64,000 nucleotides of DNA from assembly GCA_964638415.1 (NCBI GenBank), contig CAZWYP010000004.1, forward strand, positions 8,498 through 72,497. Reading direction: 5' to 3'. This DNA is from an uncultured Gammaproteobacteria bacterium. GTDB lineage: Bacteria > Patescibacteriota > Patescibacteriia > UBA1558 > GWA2-36-10. Positions within the stretch are counted from its first letter, which is position 1. Each line of letters starts with the position of its first letter. The position numbers and the translations under genes were made by a program. Shown in pieces: positions 7,881-18,662 of the stretch. Below the pieces are notes generated by a model. It searched no databases. It had not been told where the DNA came from and saw only the letters and a program-made list of their open reading frames with translations.

Positions 7881-10646
7881 TTAACTGGACTGTCCTCTAC
7901 TCCTCTGACTATTCCTGTTTTGATTGGCAGTTGCATTTCTAAAAGCTTCATCAGTACCAGCGACTATTCGGCCGCCCTGCGCTTGCCCGCCAATTCCGGA
8001 AACCTTCAAGCTGTTCTGCATTGTTTCTGACAAATCACTAAAGACTGCTTCCAAATCGCTTTTATCAATCTTTAAAGCTTGGGTGCTGCTTAAAGTATTA
8101 ACGAATTGAGCGAATTCTCTCTTGGCATCATTATTGGCAAATAATCTGACCTGATTACCATTAGCATCGCTTCCATTAATTTTACCAAAGGCTTCTCCGG
8201 CAAATTGCAAATTATTCTTAGCCAGCTGATTACGACGATTCTTCTGCTCTAATTTAATTTTTTCTTCATCAATTGAAGCATCACCGCCATTAGCTTGAAT
8301 GCTTTTAACCCTGGCTTCTTCTTCAATTTTAACCATATTTATCTGATTCTTAAAGCTGGCCGCCACATCTTCTGCTTTAACATACTGACGAGTAGCAACA
8401 TTAGTAGCTAGGGCTTCAATATTATTACCAGCTTTCACCTGGGCTTCAATTACCATCTTAGTGCGCTCTTCATTACCACCTCTTTCAGCAACAGCATTAA
8501 CTTTAGACAAAGGCAAGTAAGGAGCAATGGCCTGAATAACCCGCTGATCTTCCGGGGAATCTTTCATTTCCAATAAATCATCATCTTTAATATTGCGAGC
8601 CAGCTGCGGAGCAAACTGTTTTAGTGTCGCTTCCCGGCGATTAGCAATAATTTCTTTCTCTTCAACGCTCTTACCATTGTTCATCTCGTGATCCGGATTT
8701 AAATCCTCTCTCTTATTTACTTCTTCCAAAACACTGCTCATGGCTTTAGAATTAACTGAGGATAGTTTGTAAGCTTGATGATCTTGATTTACTTCATAAC
8801 TACCATCATTATTCCTAACCAACAAAGATCGGTCTGCTTTTTCTTTGCCGGTATTTTCTTCAGCTGTACCAAATAAGTTCTTATTAGCATGGGCAATTAG
8901 CGCCTGATTCCACCTATCTTGAGTAGTGCGAGTTTTCGCAGACAAAAACTTCTGCTGTTCACCAGCTTTGAAATTTTTAAACTGCTCAACAACCAAGCGG
9001 CCGCCTTCATTTAAATTGCCCTCGTGATCAAATAATGTTTCCGGATCAATATTATTAAATGCCGCCAAGCCTTGTTCTTTAGCCGCTGCTTCCGCTGAAT
9101 TCTTGCCATCACTGCTAATAGAGTGGGCCATGGCATTAGTGCTACGCACTTTTTTGATCATTTCCCCATCACCTACGCGCTGTGCCTCTTTAATAACATC
9201 ATTAACCATGTCTAGGTTATCTTGATGTCCTTGAATAGTTGTATTTTTATCTTTATCAAAAACATTATTATTATCCACCCTGGTCTTGTATTCATTATAA
9301 CGATAACCCGGTCTGCCTTCATAAAATTTCTGACGATCCTCTGGATTGCTAATATTCTTCTCTGCCCACTTTGTGGTAAATTTACCGGCTTCGTGCCTTT
9401 TAGCTCTTTCAGTTTCTGCCGCCTTAAACGCTATGCCTGCAGAAACCAAAGGCTTAATGCCTGTTTTTTGCAAACTAGCACCCAAGCCAGCTCCTGCTTT
9501 GCCGGCTAAAGCCACTGCTCCGCCATAGCCGCTGGAACCGGCCACCATGGTTTTACCTACCCGGCGGTACCCAGCGCTGACCTTTGACTTCATGCCAGAG
9601 GCTAATTTGGAGCCAACCGCGCCGGCCGCTGCGCCAAAAGTCTGAGTAACTTTCAAAGAACCCACCAGCATGGCAATGCCGACAATATATTTAAGAATAT
9701 TTTCCCAACCACCAGAACCGGTAATACCTATTTGGCCAATAGCATCTGCTTCTTCTTTTGTCTGGTCGCCAATTACCAGGTTTCCTTGAACAAAATCCTC
9801 ATTAACCTTACCAGATCCGACAATCATAAAAGTAAGCCACAGGAAGAAAGCCAGCATTGGCCCGACTAGTAATTCCTTGGTCAGCATATCTACCCAGCGC
9901 TGGAAATAACTCTCTCCTCTAGGCAAGGTATTAGCCAAGAAAGCAATCGGTGAAATAACAATAATAATCCAGAGCATTACTATTCTAGCTACCAAAATTA
10001 CAATAAAAGCCATTAGGACAATACTGGCTATTACCACCATAATGCCGCCTAATAAATAACCTAAAACAATCTGGCCAACTACGTCTCCGCCGCTTTCATT
10101 AGGACCGCTGCCGGCTATTTTAACTAATTCATCTAAGCCTAGTGCCGCCGTAACATTGCCATAAACCACATCTTTCCAAGCACTAACCATGGTTAACATT
10201 ATGACCTGGAACAAATCAATAACCACTCCGACTAAGGTGCGGCTAAAATTAACCAGAATAGCCATGATAATCAACCGCCTCAGCATCTGCCGATAACCAT
10301 AATTCTGGATTTTCAGAATAGTGCCGAATGCCATTACCAACAAGACTACGATAAACAGCATATTCACTAAATCACGAGCTGCGATCCAGCCGGCCTGCAC
10401 TCCCGCCTGATTAGTAAAATTATTATACTGGGCAACAATCGGTAAAAGCAGCATTTCTACTTTTAACAGTAAGATGAAAGGCCAGAAAAACAAATAAAAC
10501 AAAGTGCGACCGATTGCCTGGCCAATCCAAGAGCTAATTGTTCCCCCATCATCAGCGGCTTGAATAATATTGGGGACAAAGAAAGCAACTAAGGCAATGG
10601 CAATAAAGATTAACCAGAACTTATTTTGAATTTTTATAGTTCTCAT
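7881..10646 (-). CDS. VirB6/TrbL/TcpH-like polytopic membrane protein with a long hydrophilic C-terminal extension
   Basis: 921 aa. N-terminal signal-like segment, at least 6 hydrophobic helices in the first ~300 aa, then a ~600-aa charged/coiled tail ending in a Gly/Gln/Ser/Arg-rich tip. This architecture is typical of T4SS VirB6-family channel proteins. Sits 4 bp downstream of the giant secreted protein gene. Confidence 0.5.
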   Translation of the reverse strand: MRTIKIQNKFWLIFIAIALVAFFVPNIIQAADDGGTISSWIGQAIGRTLFYLFFWPFILLLKVEMLLLPIVAQYNNFTNQAGVQAGWIAARDLVNMLFIVVLLVMAFGTILKIQNYGYRQMLRRLIIMAILVNFSRTLVGVVIDLFQVIMLTMVSAWKDVVYGNVTAALGLDELVKIAGSGPNESGGDVVGQIVLGYLLGGIMVVIASIVLMAFIVILVARIVMLWIIIVISPIAFLANTLPRGESYFQRWVDMLTKELLVGPMLAFFLWLTFMIVGSGKVNEDFVQGNLVIGDQTKEEADAIGQIGITGSGGWENILKYIVGIAMLVGSLKVTQTFGAAAGAVGSKLASGMKSKVSAGYRRVGKTMVAGSSGYGGAVALAGKAGAGLGASLQKTGIKPLVSAGIAFKAAETERAKRHEAGKFTTKWAEKNISNPEDRQKFYEGRPGYRYNEYKTRVDNNNVFDKDKNTTIQGHQDNLDMVNDVIKEAQRVGDGEMIKKVRSTNAMAHSISSDGKNSAEAAAKEQGLAAFNNIDPETLFDHEGNLNEGGRLVVEQFKNFKAGEQQKFLSAKTRTTQDRWNQALIAHANKNLFGTAEENTGKEKADRSLLVRNNDGSYEVNQDHQAYKLSSVNSKAMSSVLEEVNKREDLNPDHEMNNGKSVEEKEIIANRREATLKQFAPQLARNIKDDDLLEMKDSPEDQRVIQAIAPYLPLSKVNAVAERGGNEERTKMVIEAQVKAGNNIEALATNVATRQYVKAEDVAASFKNQINMVKIEEEARVKSIQANGGDASIDEEKIKLEQKNRRNQLAKNNLQFAGEAFGKINGSDANGNQVRLFANNDAKREFAQFVNTLSSTQALKIDKSDLEAVFSDLSETMQNSLKVSGIGGQAQGGRIVAGTDEAFRNATANQNRNSQRSRGQSS

Positions 10647-10650
10647 ATTT

Positions 10651-13600
10651 TTATTCTTCCGGCTCGTAAATAACTATCCAGCCAGCATATGGCCAATTAG
10701 CTGACTGATTCCAATTATCTGTCACTGTTAATACCGGCTTATAGCACTGGGCATTGAAAATATTAGGCGCGGTAGGATCTGAAGCGTGTATGGCTGAACA
10801 AATATTACTTTCATTATCCTCATCCCAAACATAGAAATGGAAAAATGATTTATACCCTTCATGGCAGGCGCCGGTAGTGCCGGCAAAACCCATCAGCCTA
10901 GTACCGCTTAAACCTGGAGCATTCTGATTGGGGTCGCAGTCAAATAAATTATTCTTATACTTGCTATTCGGCAAACCGCCGCTAATGTCTCCATCTCCCC
11001 AATTAACCCGCAAATCGGTGATCGGCATATGATCGGGATGAGCGTGGTAATAGAATTTAATGGCCGCAAATAAATTACCTTCATCGCCGACAATTTCAGA
11101 GTCGTCATTCTTATTATTTACCGTAATACCCTGTGCTGGAGCAATTAAACCATTATTGTCGCAATAACGGCTGCCACAGACCTTGAATACTCTAGGTAAA
11201 TAATCTGGGCCAGCAAAAGAATTAGTGTAGCCAGAAGAAAGATCGGTAATTGTATTATTAGTATACTGTGACCCATTCCAATTTAAATTATATAATCGGG
11301 CAAACAATTGTCTTAATTGGGCATCTGCCTGGCCAGGATTAGAATTATCAGCAAAGAAAATAGAGGATGCTCGAGGTTCAAAATATCTTTGATTTAAAGG
11401 TGCTTCTACCACAATTATTTCTTCATTGGCCAATCCTTGATCACCGCCAAAGAATGGACCAACTGTAGTTGATTCAACCCGACTAAAACCAATATTAGTA
11501 TCATTAGGATAACAACAACCTTCACGAAGATAATATGCTCGCCATGTTCCCATGTGGTCATCATCTGCTTGTGGCGTAGTCGCATTATTAGCTGCTCGCC
11601 ACCAAATATCTGTACGTAACCAAGACTTGCTATGATCGCCTTCAGCATCTATAACATTAATTGTGCTACATTGTTTATAACAACCATCATCACCACCTGG
11701 ACAGCTAAAAGTCCCATTTACTCCAGAAGTGTATATCCCCCCGGGAGCAACGCAGTTAAGGTCTCTGGTGGGATTACCCATACAACCGGAGACATTCCTA
11801 TAAATAAAATCGCCATCGCTAATACCGTATGCTTCTAAGCGCATTTGCGGAGTAATTAAATCATAATACTGCTGGCTACAACCAGCGCCGCCAACTACCA
11901 CCGGATTTCTATGCAATAAATAATCCCAATAACTTACATAATACTCTGTGGAAGTGTTATGGTAAGATTCACAATAATTAGTATTAAAACCATATCCATC
12001 ATTATTAATAATGGCACCAGCATGTAAAACACAGTGTGCAAACTTGCAGTCATTATCCTCACCACAACCTGAATTATCTTCAGGATCCATGCTAGCTATA
12101 TTGTAATTTGTAGCAACCTGATTGAATCTACCGCCTAAATTAGTCAAGCAGGAAGCAACTGATGCGCCACAATTAGTAATCTGGCAAATCTGTCCAGGAT
12201 TATATTCTCTACTAATATAATAATTATAAGTCCGGGGGTTACAAACTACAGTACAGTCATCATAACGACGGCCACCACAAATATCACCGCTACGGCAATA
12301 CCATGATGCCAAGTGCATATTTCTTGCCCCGGAAGAACAGCGAGAACCGGTGCCTAAAACAATATCTTGAGCACAATCAGCATTACCACACAATCCCTCT
12401 CTACAATCACCGCCAGTTAAATTTATACCCCTTGGACTATCCGCAAAACCTTCCCTGGCTTGACCATGTAAGACCGTTGGTATGCTTCCTCCATTACTAT
12501 TACCGTCTGGAGATACTCCTGAATCAAAGAAGTAAACCTTCAATTGTTGACTACTGTGAGAAAATAAACTTTGAATATCCTCAAGATAATTTGCAGTTAA
12601 ATTGGCGTTAGAGTAGTTAAAATCAGCAGCCGAATATCTCTGATTACTCGGTGGATTACCATAGATTATTGGATTACCCACATCCGCAGGAGCGGCCTCA
12701 AAAACATACTCACCTGTTAATTTCCAATGTCGCCCAGTGCCATCTGATGGACTATCGTCTACCAAGTTACTATAATATCCTGCGCCATGAGCAAAAATAT
12801 TTGAACCAGCAGGAATTTGGACTAAAACATTACAAAAACCATCTCGCCAAGTAGCACAATATAATCTATCCTCAGTTAATAAATATGGTTCGGTTAATTT
12901 ACAAATATTAACATCCTGCCCAGCTGGATTATAGAAACCAGCTTCCACAAAATGATTGAAGCGGCTTTGCGAACCGATTATCTGCTCGCTAGGATACCAC
13001 TGATTGCAATAATAGCTCTGTTTAAAATCACTCTGAATTAAAGTGGAAGTATCCGGTTGTAGGCAAATTCCGCTCCAGTTAATAAAATCTTCTACTTTAG
13101 TGATTGATTCACAGCGGCCATTTACACCGCAACTGTCATTATCTATAGCATTATCATTATCTCCAATATCTTCAGGGTTACAGGAGTCTCCTTCTTTTTT
13201 ATCCAACTGCAGTTGCTCATCTACCACGCTACAAACACCAGCCGCATAATTGCCGGCGTTAAAATCTTTATATCCGTAATAACGCACTAAGCTGCCTAAG
13301 CCATAAGTCACTTTCTTATAGCGAGGTTCACAACCATTTTCTCCATCCTGACAAACATTCGCCTGATTATACTTGCTCTTTAAGACAAAAACATCTCCTT
13401 CTCCACCTTTAATACTCTTGGGGAAAGGCGCTTGCTGAGCAGCATAACCGCGAGTAGCTAAGCCATATTCGCTCTGATTAATCGTGGGACTGCCTGTCGG
13501 ATTAAGCCAACAAACCGAATCCTTGCAAATACCGGCATAGCCAGATACGCTGCAAGTTAAATTATCCCGTCCATCGCAAATACCTTCCGGCTGAATATCT

Positions 13601-16600
13601 GAAGCATCATAAACTAAGCGTGGATCATTATATTCAGTAGTAGTCGCAAAGTCATAAACCTGCAAGCTACGCAGAGGGAATAAATCTGGAACTGAATATC
13701 CAATATATTCCTTGTCTGACCATTGAATATGTTCATTGATACCACTCACTCTATCTTGGTATTCCGTCACTGTTAGAGGACTATCTGGAGTATAAGTCGC
13801 CCACTTGCGGCATTGGGTAATATTACTGGTTGAAGAATATTCCACGCAGCTGTCTAAAGCGTCACAAATCATCTCATATTGAGAAGTATCTTCGTTAAAA
13901 ACTGCAGTTAATGACTTACAAGCCAGCCATTCCGCACACTGGCGATCCTTGTTAACCTTCACAATGCGGTTAGCATCAAGAATTGCTCCGCCGCCGCCAG
14001 TATCCGGATTCACCGGCTTATTGAGCGCTACATTATTATTGTAAGTTACTTCCGTATCATAAAGCTTGATTACTTCCGTGTGATCAGCATTCCAATTATT
14101 GGCATCATAAACCAGAATACAGCCGGTTTGCTGATCAACCTGCCCATTGCAGCTTCCGGCTTCTATTTTTTCATTATCATAATAATAATATGACTGGCAG
14201 TCCGGCACATCAGGATCACTGTTGCTATTGTCAAAATCACAATTCAAAGGATCAGCTGGATCTACAAAAGTAGTGCAGAGATTCTTATTTTCCGGACACA
14301 TGGCCGACCAGCCAAACGGCATTTCCGGCTCCCGACCAGAAGCGCATAATTCCGGCGTGCCGCTGGTTAAGCTATCTGTTTCAAACCAGCCATCAATTAA
14401 ATCTCCGTCAATATTAACATCTTCCTGGTAACTGCAAGTCTTATTGCCCGGATCGCGGAAATAATAAATCCCCTTGCTAGAACTAAATGCTTCGCAATAC
14501 AAATCTTCAGAACGGCATAAAGTATTTTCATACTGATCAGGATTATTAAGCTTATATACTGTATCAAAACCAGTAACTACATTCTCTACCCGATCAATTT
14601 CTGGCAAGCCTAAAGCCATACATCCCTTATAGGCAGAAGCGCAATATTTATCTACATCTGGCACTAAATAAGTGACGCTATCTGCTGCTACTGCCAATTG
14701 AGAATAATCTCCCGTATTAAAAGTCTGAGCAAAAGGATTGGTAGAATTATGAGTTGCAATTACCGCCTGACAGCCGATCGCTTCCTGACGGCATAAGCTG
14801 GTAAATGATTTTAGATTATAGTTTTCGCCATTAGTATCCCGGTAAGCTTGGCAACCTAAGTAAGCACCGGCAAACGGATTATCGCAAGAAGCCGGAGTCT
14901 GCCAAGAATTACGGACATAAGACAAACTGTCTACTAATTCTTTAAGGATAAAATTATCTAAATAAATTGACCCCGTGCCATTGGTACCAAATCGCAAAGT
15001 AACATTGCCGGTTAAATTAGTTAGCGGATTAGATGTTATTTCATAACGATTCCACTGGCCGCCGGAGATGGTATTAATATTGCCAACTAAAGCGGAGTGG
15101 GTGCCGTCAGTAAAGGAAACCACTATGGAATCAATAGTGCCTTCATTCTTCATCCAGAAAGACAATTGGTAACTCTTATTATTCTGGATATTAGCAACCG
15201 GGCGGCTAATGCCGGTAAATCCGCTGGGCGATGAAACCCGCATAGAGTGGCCGCCATTGGCTAATGACTCATTGGACAAATCAATAGCAGTACCACCTTC
15301 GGCATACCAAGGATCATAACTGCCGTTTTCAAAATTATCCGTAAATAAACGCCGCTGGTTATTGGCTGCTGCTCCGGTATAAGCCCGGCAACCGGCAAAT
15401 TGAGCTTGGCAAGTCTGACTTAAATCGGGAATTGCCTGATACTCCTGCCCAGTAAAGGTGCGGCGGTAAGGATGACAATTGTTATCGGCAAAAATTACCC
15501 TATCACTCAAACGGTAATGATCTTCACCGTTAATGTCAAAATATTGGCGACAATTAATATCAAATTCCGGATCATCAAAAGGATCTTCAGTTTCTGGACC
15601 GCAAGCAGCCGTAGCATGAGCGTTTTCTCCCAATGGATCATAAGGCTCATCCACGCAAGTATTACCGCCGGGGTCTACATTAGTACAAGGCGCATCATTA
15701 AGATTGCTTTCTAGGAAATTAACTGTCTGCAACTGGTAACCGGCCACATCCGATCCCTGCCAAGTATAATAAGTGGTGCCGTAGCTTGCCGGCACGCATT
15801 GGCGCAAATAAGTGTAGTATTCCTTGCCTTCCCCGCCTTGCTCTACCTCGTCCAAATTAGTAAACTCCTCGCAACCAATTTCCTGACTAGGGCAGCTCAA
15901 AGCAGTGGTAGGAATAAAATTATAATAATCCGGAAGATTATCTCCCTCAAAGACATCAAAAATATTGGGCTGTTCAGCAAAAGTAGCATAACCAACGCAT
16001 TCTGCCGGACAAATGTCATTGGCGGTAATAATACCAGGCACTAGTGGATCGCCATTAAGAGGCACATAACCACGACAACCTACCTCCTCCTCCACACACA
16101 TAAAGCGATCATTGTCCATTAGAATCCTGCCGCCATCACCGTAAGCGCTGAAGTTTGACGGACCAATATCGTCAACTCGGCGCTCATAACTGAAAGTGCT
16201 AACTTCTTCCACTTTAATATTATCCAAAGTAAATATATTAGCGCCAGAAATCTTGACTTCAATCCGCTGACCTTCAGCATCTTCGCCAAAAGTGCCATGA
16301 ACGACCTGCCGGCTGCCGGCTGGATCTAATTCTCTAAGATAAGCTATACCCCTACTCAAAGGATCACGCTGGTTAATACTGGCATCAATTGTTCCAGTGC
16401 CAGTAGCATCAAAACTCAAGATAAATGAGCGGTTTTTAATATCATAACCAGTATCAATAATTGCCGTAATATCTTCATCAACCTGCACAGTATATTCCAT
16501 ACCGCCACTCCGGCGAGCCGAGCTTACTACTTCCAAATTACCCGTAGTAGTAAAACCCATTATCTGATCGGAATCTCCGTCGTCAGGATCACCTTTAAAC

Positions 16601-18654
16601 ATAGTAATATCGCCATTGGGCAAAAGATTAATTCCTCGATCAGCGGCCATGACAATAAATTCGCTGCAACCATCTTTGTCTGGTGGACAATTATTAGCTT
16701 GGCTGTTTAAAAATAAATCATTCTCGTTAAAAGGATGGGTGGCGGGATCTAAAGTCATATCTGCTTCCAGTAGCCAATTTCCTTCACTGTCTCTCTCCTG
16801 AGCATAGCGCTGACAACCCACCTGATCTGCATCGCAATAATCCAGAGTCCCTTCAATATAAGAATTATTGCCTAAACGATCGTTAGCGAAAGTCAAACAG
16901 CCGGAATAGATATCACCATCTTCGCATAAATCACCGTTGAAGCGCCAAATATTTTCCGAACGAGTGCAGTAGCCGTATTGTCCATCCAAACAATTACCAT
17001 TTCCGTCTTCCCGCAGGCAAGTCTGTACATCAGCGCAATACTGCTGACGGGCATTTGATTCAGAAGATTCCAATACCGGCCCGTAAACTAAGGCATTACA
17101 GCGTGCGGCCGGAGCTTTTAACACCCAATTAGGATCTACTAAGTGATAGTAAGGATTATGGTTATCATAGGCAGGGTCGATTCCAAAAGGACAGCCGACG
17201 TCCTCAAAACATTCAATAACTTTCTCAAGAGAAACAGAGGTTCCTACTGGCGCCCGCAAAGCTGCCATTTCCCAACCAACCGGAACTACGCCAGCTTTCC
17301 TCAATTTAACCATATTGTGATAGCAAAATCCTTCTAAATAACAGGTATCGCTATTATTACGCGGATCACCAGGACCAATAAAAGGCAAGTCTCCATTTAA
17401 AGATCCGTCTAGAATCGCTTGAGCCACTGTTTTGCGCTGAGGTAATAGCTGTAAAAATTCTACGCTGATCGTACAATTATCCGGACTGCGAAAATCTTCC
17501 TGGTTAGGACAAATGGCGAAGTCCTCCATTAAGGTATAATTTTCTACTTGCCTAATGTCGATAGTCTTGAGATCGCGGAAAATATCCACTCCTCTGGGAG
17601 CGCGTAAATCAGCGCCGCCGCGTAATAAGGTTAATAAATCATCACGGAAACTCTGGTCATCGTTACCCAAAAGCTGAGTTAAAGACCACATGCCGCGGCG
17701 AATATAATGTTCCATTAACTTACCAGACAGAGTTCTAGTAAACATACTAAATCCCTGACGCAATACTCCGCCGATATTAACCACGGTCTTGCCGTCTTTT
17801 TCACTAATTAGTTTCTGTACATCTGCTTGAGCTGCTTGCTCTAGAGGGGTGATGGCTATTTTATGAACCACCTGACAATGAGTGCGCACTTCTTCAGTAA
17901 TAACCGTTTTCTGATCCTTAAATCCCTGACATTCTGCTTGCGTAATCTTAGCTACCTCTTCCGCTCTTTGCTTACGAGCCTCCTGTTCCGCATACAAGCG
18001 GCTCAAGGTTCCTAAATCACTATTAGATTCGTCAAACTGATTGAAGAAATCAGCAATGCCTTCAACTCCGCTCTGGCGGGGATCAAGTTGGAATTTAATA
18101 AAATCAGTCCAACCGCCGCCAGACAATGAATCGCTAAACTGCCGCCAGTTCTGCTGAACTTCCCGCCAATTACACTTCGGGGCCGGCGGAGCAGCGCTGT
18201 CAATTAATTTTAAAGTTAAAGTAAGCTTTACATCCAGTGAGGGATCACAGAGATTGATTCCTAAATCCTTAAAATGTTTAGAAGTTAATTCTCCGATAAA
18301 ATCGCCGACGGCCGCTTCACCTGCTTTATTTAATACCGTACCGATATCTTCGGTGCGAAACAAGGGTTTGCCGCCAATTGCTCCCTGAGCAATATAATTC
18401 GCCATTTCATAAGACAAGTTGCTAATAAATGTATTAACCGCGTTATTAATTAATTCCTTGGCGATAAAAGTATAAGATCGATCAACGATATCAGTGACCC
18501 TCTCCCAAACCCACTTAGCAACATTAACCGCTACCACATCAGGAGCAAAAGCTTGGGATTTTACAGGAGTAAAAACAGCCGGTGAAAGCACCAATAAAAA
18601 CATAAAAACTGACAAAATCAGTGTTTTTATTCCTTTATTTTTTATTTTTTGCAT
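10651..18654 (-). CDS. Giant (2667 aa) secreted cysteine-rich protein with a CBM4/9/22-like carbohydrate-binding module. Putative extracellular adhesin or host-interaction protein.
   Basis: Single uninterrupted ORF. N-terminal signal peptide (KTLILSVFMFLLVLSPAVFTPVKSQA). Many Cys in a recurring [VIL]GC[QRES]x[YF] context. Segment FENGSYDPWYAEGGTAIDLSNESLANGGHSMRVS...IYLDNFILKEL has the hallmarks of a CBM_4_9 beta-sandwich. Confidence 0.75.
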   Translation of the reverse strand: MQKIKNKGIKTLILSVFMFLLVLSPAVFTPVKSQAFAPDVVAVNVAKWVWERVTDIVDRSYTFIAKELINNAVNTFISNLSYEMANYIAQGAIGGKPLFRTEDIGTVLNKAGEAAVGDFIGELTSKHFKDLGINLCDPSLDVKLTLTLKLIDSAAPPAPKCNWREVQQNWRQFSDSLSGGGWTDFIKFQLDPRQSGVEGIADFFNQFDESNSDLGTLSRLYAEQEARKQRAEEVAKITQAECQGFKDQKTVITEEVRTHCQVVHKIAITPLEQAAQADVQKLISEKDGKTVVNIGGVLRQGFSMFTRTLSGKLMEHYIRRGMWSLTQLLGNDDQSFRDDLLTLLRGGADLRAPRGVDIFRDLKTIDIRQVENYTLMEDFAICPNQEDFRSPDNCTISVEFLQLLPQRKTVAQAILDGSLNGDLPFIGPGDPRNNSDTCYLEGFCYHNMVKLRKAGVVPVGWEMAALRAPVGTSVSLEKVIECFEDVGCPFGIDPAYDNHNPYYHLVDPNWVLKAPAARCNALVYGPVLESSESNARQQYCADVQTCLREDGNGNCLDGQYGYCTRSENIWRFNGDLCEDGDIYSGCLTFANDRLGNNSYIEGTLDYCDADQVGCQRYAQERDSEGNWLLEADMTLDPATHPFNENDLFLNSQANNCPPDKDGCSEFIVMAADRGINLLPNGDITMFKGDPDDGDSDQIMGFTTTGNLEVVSSARRSGGMEYTVQVDEDITAIIDTGYDIKNRSFILSFDATGTGTIDASINQRDPLSRGIAYLRELDPAGSRQVVHGTFGEDAEGQRIEVKISGANIFTLDNIKVEEVSTFSYERRVDDIGPSNFSAYGDGGRILMDNDRFMCVEEEVGCRGYVPLNGDPLVPGIITANDICPAECVGYATFAEQPNIFDVFEGDNLPDYYNFIPTTALSCPSQEIGCEEFTNLDEVEQGGEGKEYYTYLRQCVPASYGTTYYTWQGSDVAGYQLQTVNFLESNLNDAPCTNVDPGGNTCVDEPYDPLGENAHATAACGPETEDPFDDPEFDINCRQYFDINGEDHYRLSDRVIFADNNCHPYRRTFTGQEYQAIPDLSQTCQAQFAGCRAYTGAAANNQRRLFTDNFENGSYDPWYAEGGTAIDLSNESLANGGHSMRVSSPSGFTGISRPVANIQNNKSYQLSFWMKNEGTIDSIVVSFTDGTHSALVGNINTISGGQWNRYEITSNPLTNLTGNVTLRFGTNGTGSIYLDNFILKELVDSLSYVRNSWQTPASCDNPFAGAYLGCQAYRDTNGENYNLKSFTSLCRQEAIGCQAVIATHNSTNPFAQTFNTGDYSQLAVAADSVTYLVPDVDKYCASAYKGCMALGLPEIDRVENVVTGFDTVYKLNNPDQYENTLCRSEDLYCEAFSSSKGIYYFRDPGNKTCSYQEDVNIDGDLIDGWFETDSLTSGTPELCASGREPEMPFGWSAMCPENKNLCTTFVDPADPLNCDFDNSNSDPDVPDCQSYYYYDNEKIEAGSCNGQVDQQTGCILVYDANNWNADHTEVIKLYDTEVTYNNNVALNKPVNPDTGGGGAILDANRIVKVNKDRQCAEWLACKSLTAVFNEDTSQYEMICDALDSCVEYSSTSNITQCRKWATYTPDSPLTVTEYQDRVSGINEHIQWSDKEYIGYSVPDLFPLRSLQVYDFATTTEYNDPRLVYDASDIQPEGICDGRDNLTCSVSGYAGICKDSVCWLNPTGSPTINQSEYGLATRGYAAQQAPFPKSIKGGEGDVFVLKSKYNQANVCQDGENGCEPRYKKVTYGLGSLVRYYGYKDFNAGNYAAGVCSVVDEQLQLDKKEGDSCNPEDIGDNDNAIDNDSCGVNGRCESITKVEDFINWSGICLQPDTSTLIQSDFKQSYYCNQWYPSEQIIGSQSRFNHFVEAGFYNPAGQDVNICKLTEPYLLTEDRLYCATWRDGFCNVLVQIPAGSNIFAHGAGYYSNLVDDSPSDGTGRHWKLTGEYVFEAAPADVGNPIIYGNPPSNQRYSAADFNYSNANLTANYLEDIQSLFSHSSQQLKVYFFDSGVSPDGNSNGGSIPTVLHGQAREGFADSPRGINLTGGDCREGLCGNADCAQDIVLGTGSRCSSGARNMHLASWYCRSGDICGGRRYDDCTVVCNPRTYNYYISREYNPGQICQITNCGASVASCLTNLGGRFNQVATNYNIASMDPEDNSGCGEDNDCKFAHCVLHAGAIINNDGYGFNTNYCESYHNTSTEYYVSYWDYLLHRNPVVVGGAGCSQQYYDLITPQMRLEAYGISDGDFIYRNVSGCMGNPTRDLNCVAPGGIYTSGVNGTFSCPGGDDGCYKQCSTINVIDAEGDHSKSWLRTDIWWRAANNATTPQADDDHMGTWRAYYLREGCCYPNDTNIGFSRVESTTVGPFFGGDQGLANEEIIVVEAPLNQRYFEPRASSIFFADNSNPGQADAQLRQLFARLYNLNWNGSQYTNNTITDLSSGYTNSFAGPDYLPRVFKVCGSRYCDNNGLIAPAQGITVNNKNDDSEIVGDEGNLFAAIKFYYHAHPDHMPITDLRVNWGDGDISGGLPNSKYKNNLFDCDPNQNAPGLSGTRLMGFAGTTGACHEGYKSFFHFYVWDEDNESNICSAIHASDPTAPNIFNAQCYKPVLTVTDNWNQSANWPYAGWIVIYEPEE

Positions 18655-18662
18655 GGCTTTTA

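Noticed and set aside
9222-18203. Many 60-105-aa plus-strand ORFs inside the VirB6-like and 2667-aa genes
   Set aside because: Antisense shadow ORFs within long, coherent minus-strand coding regions.
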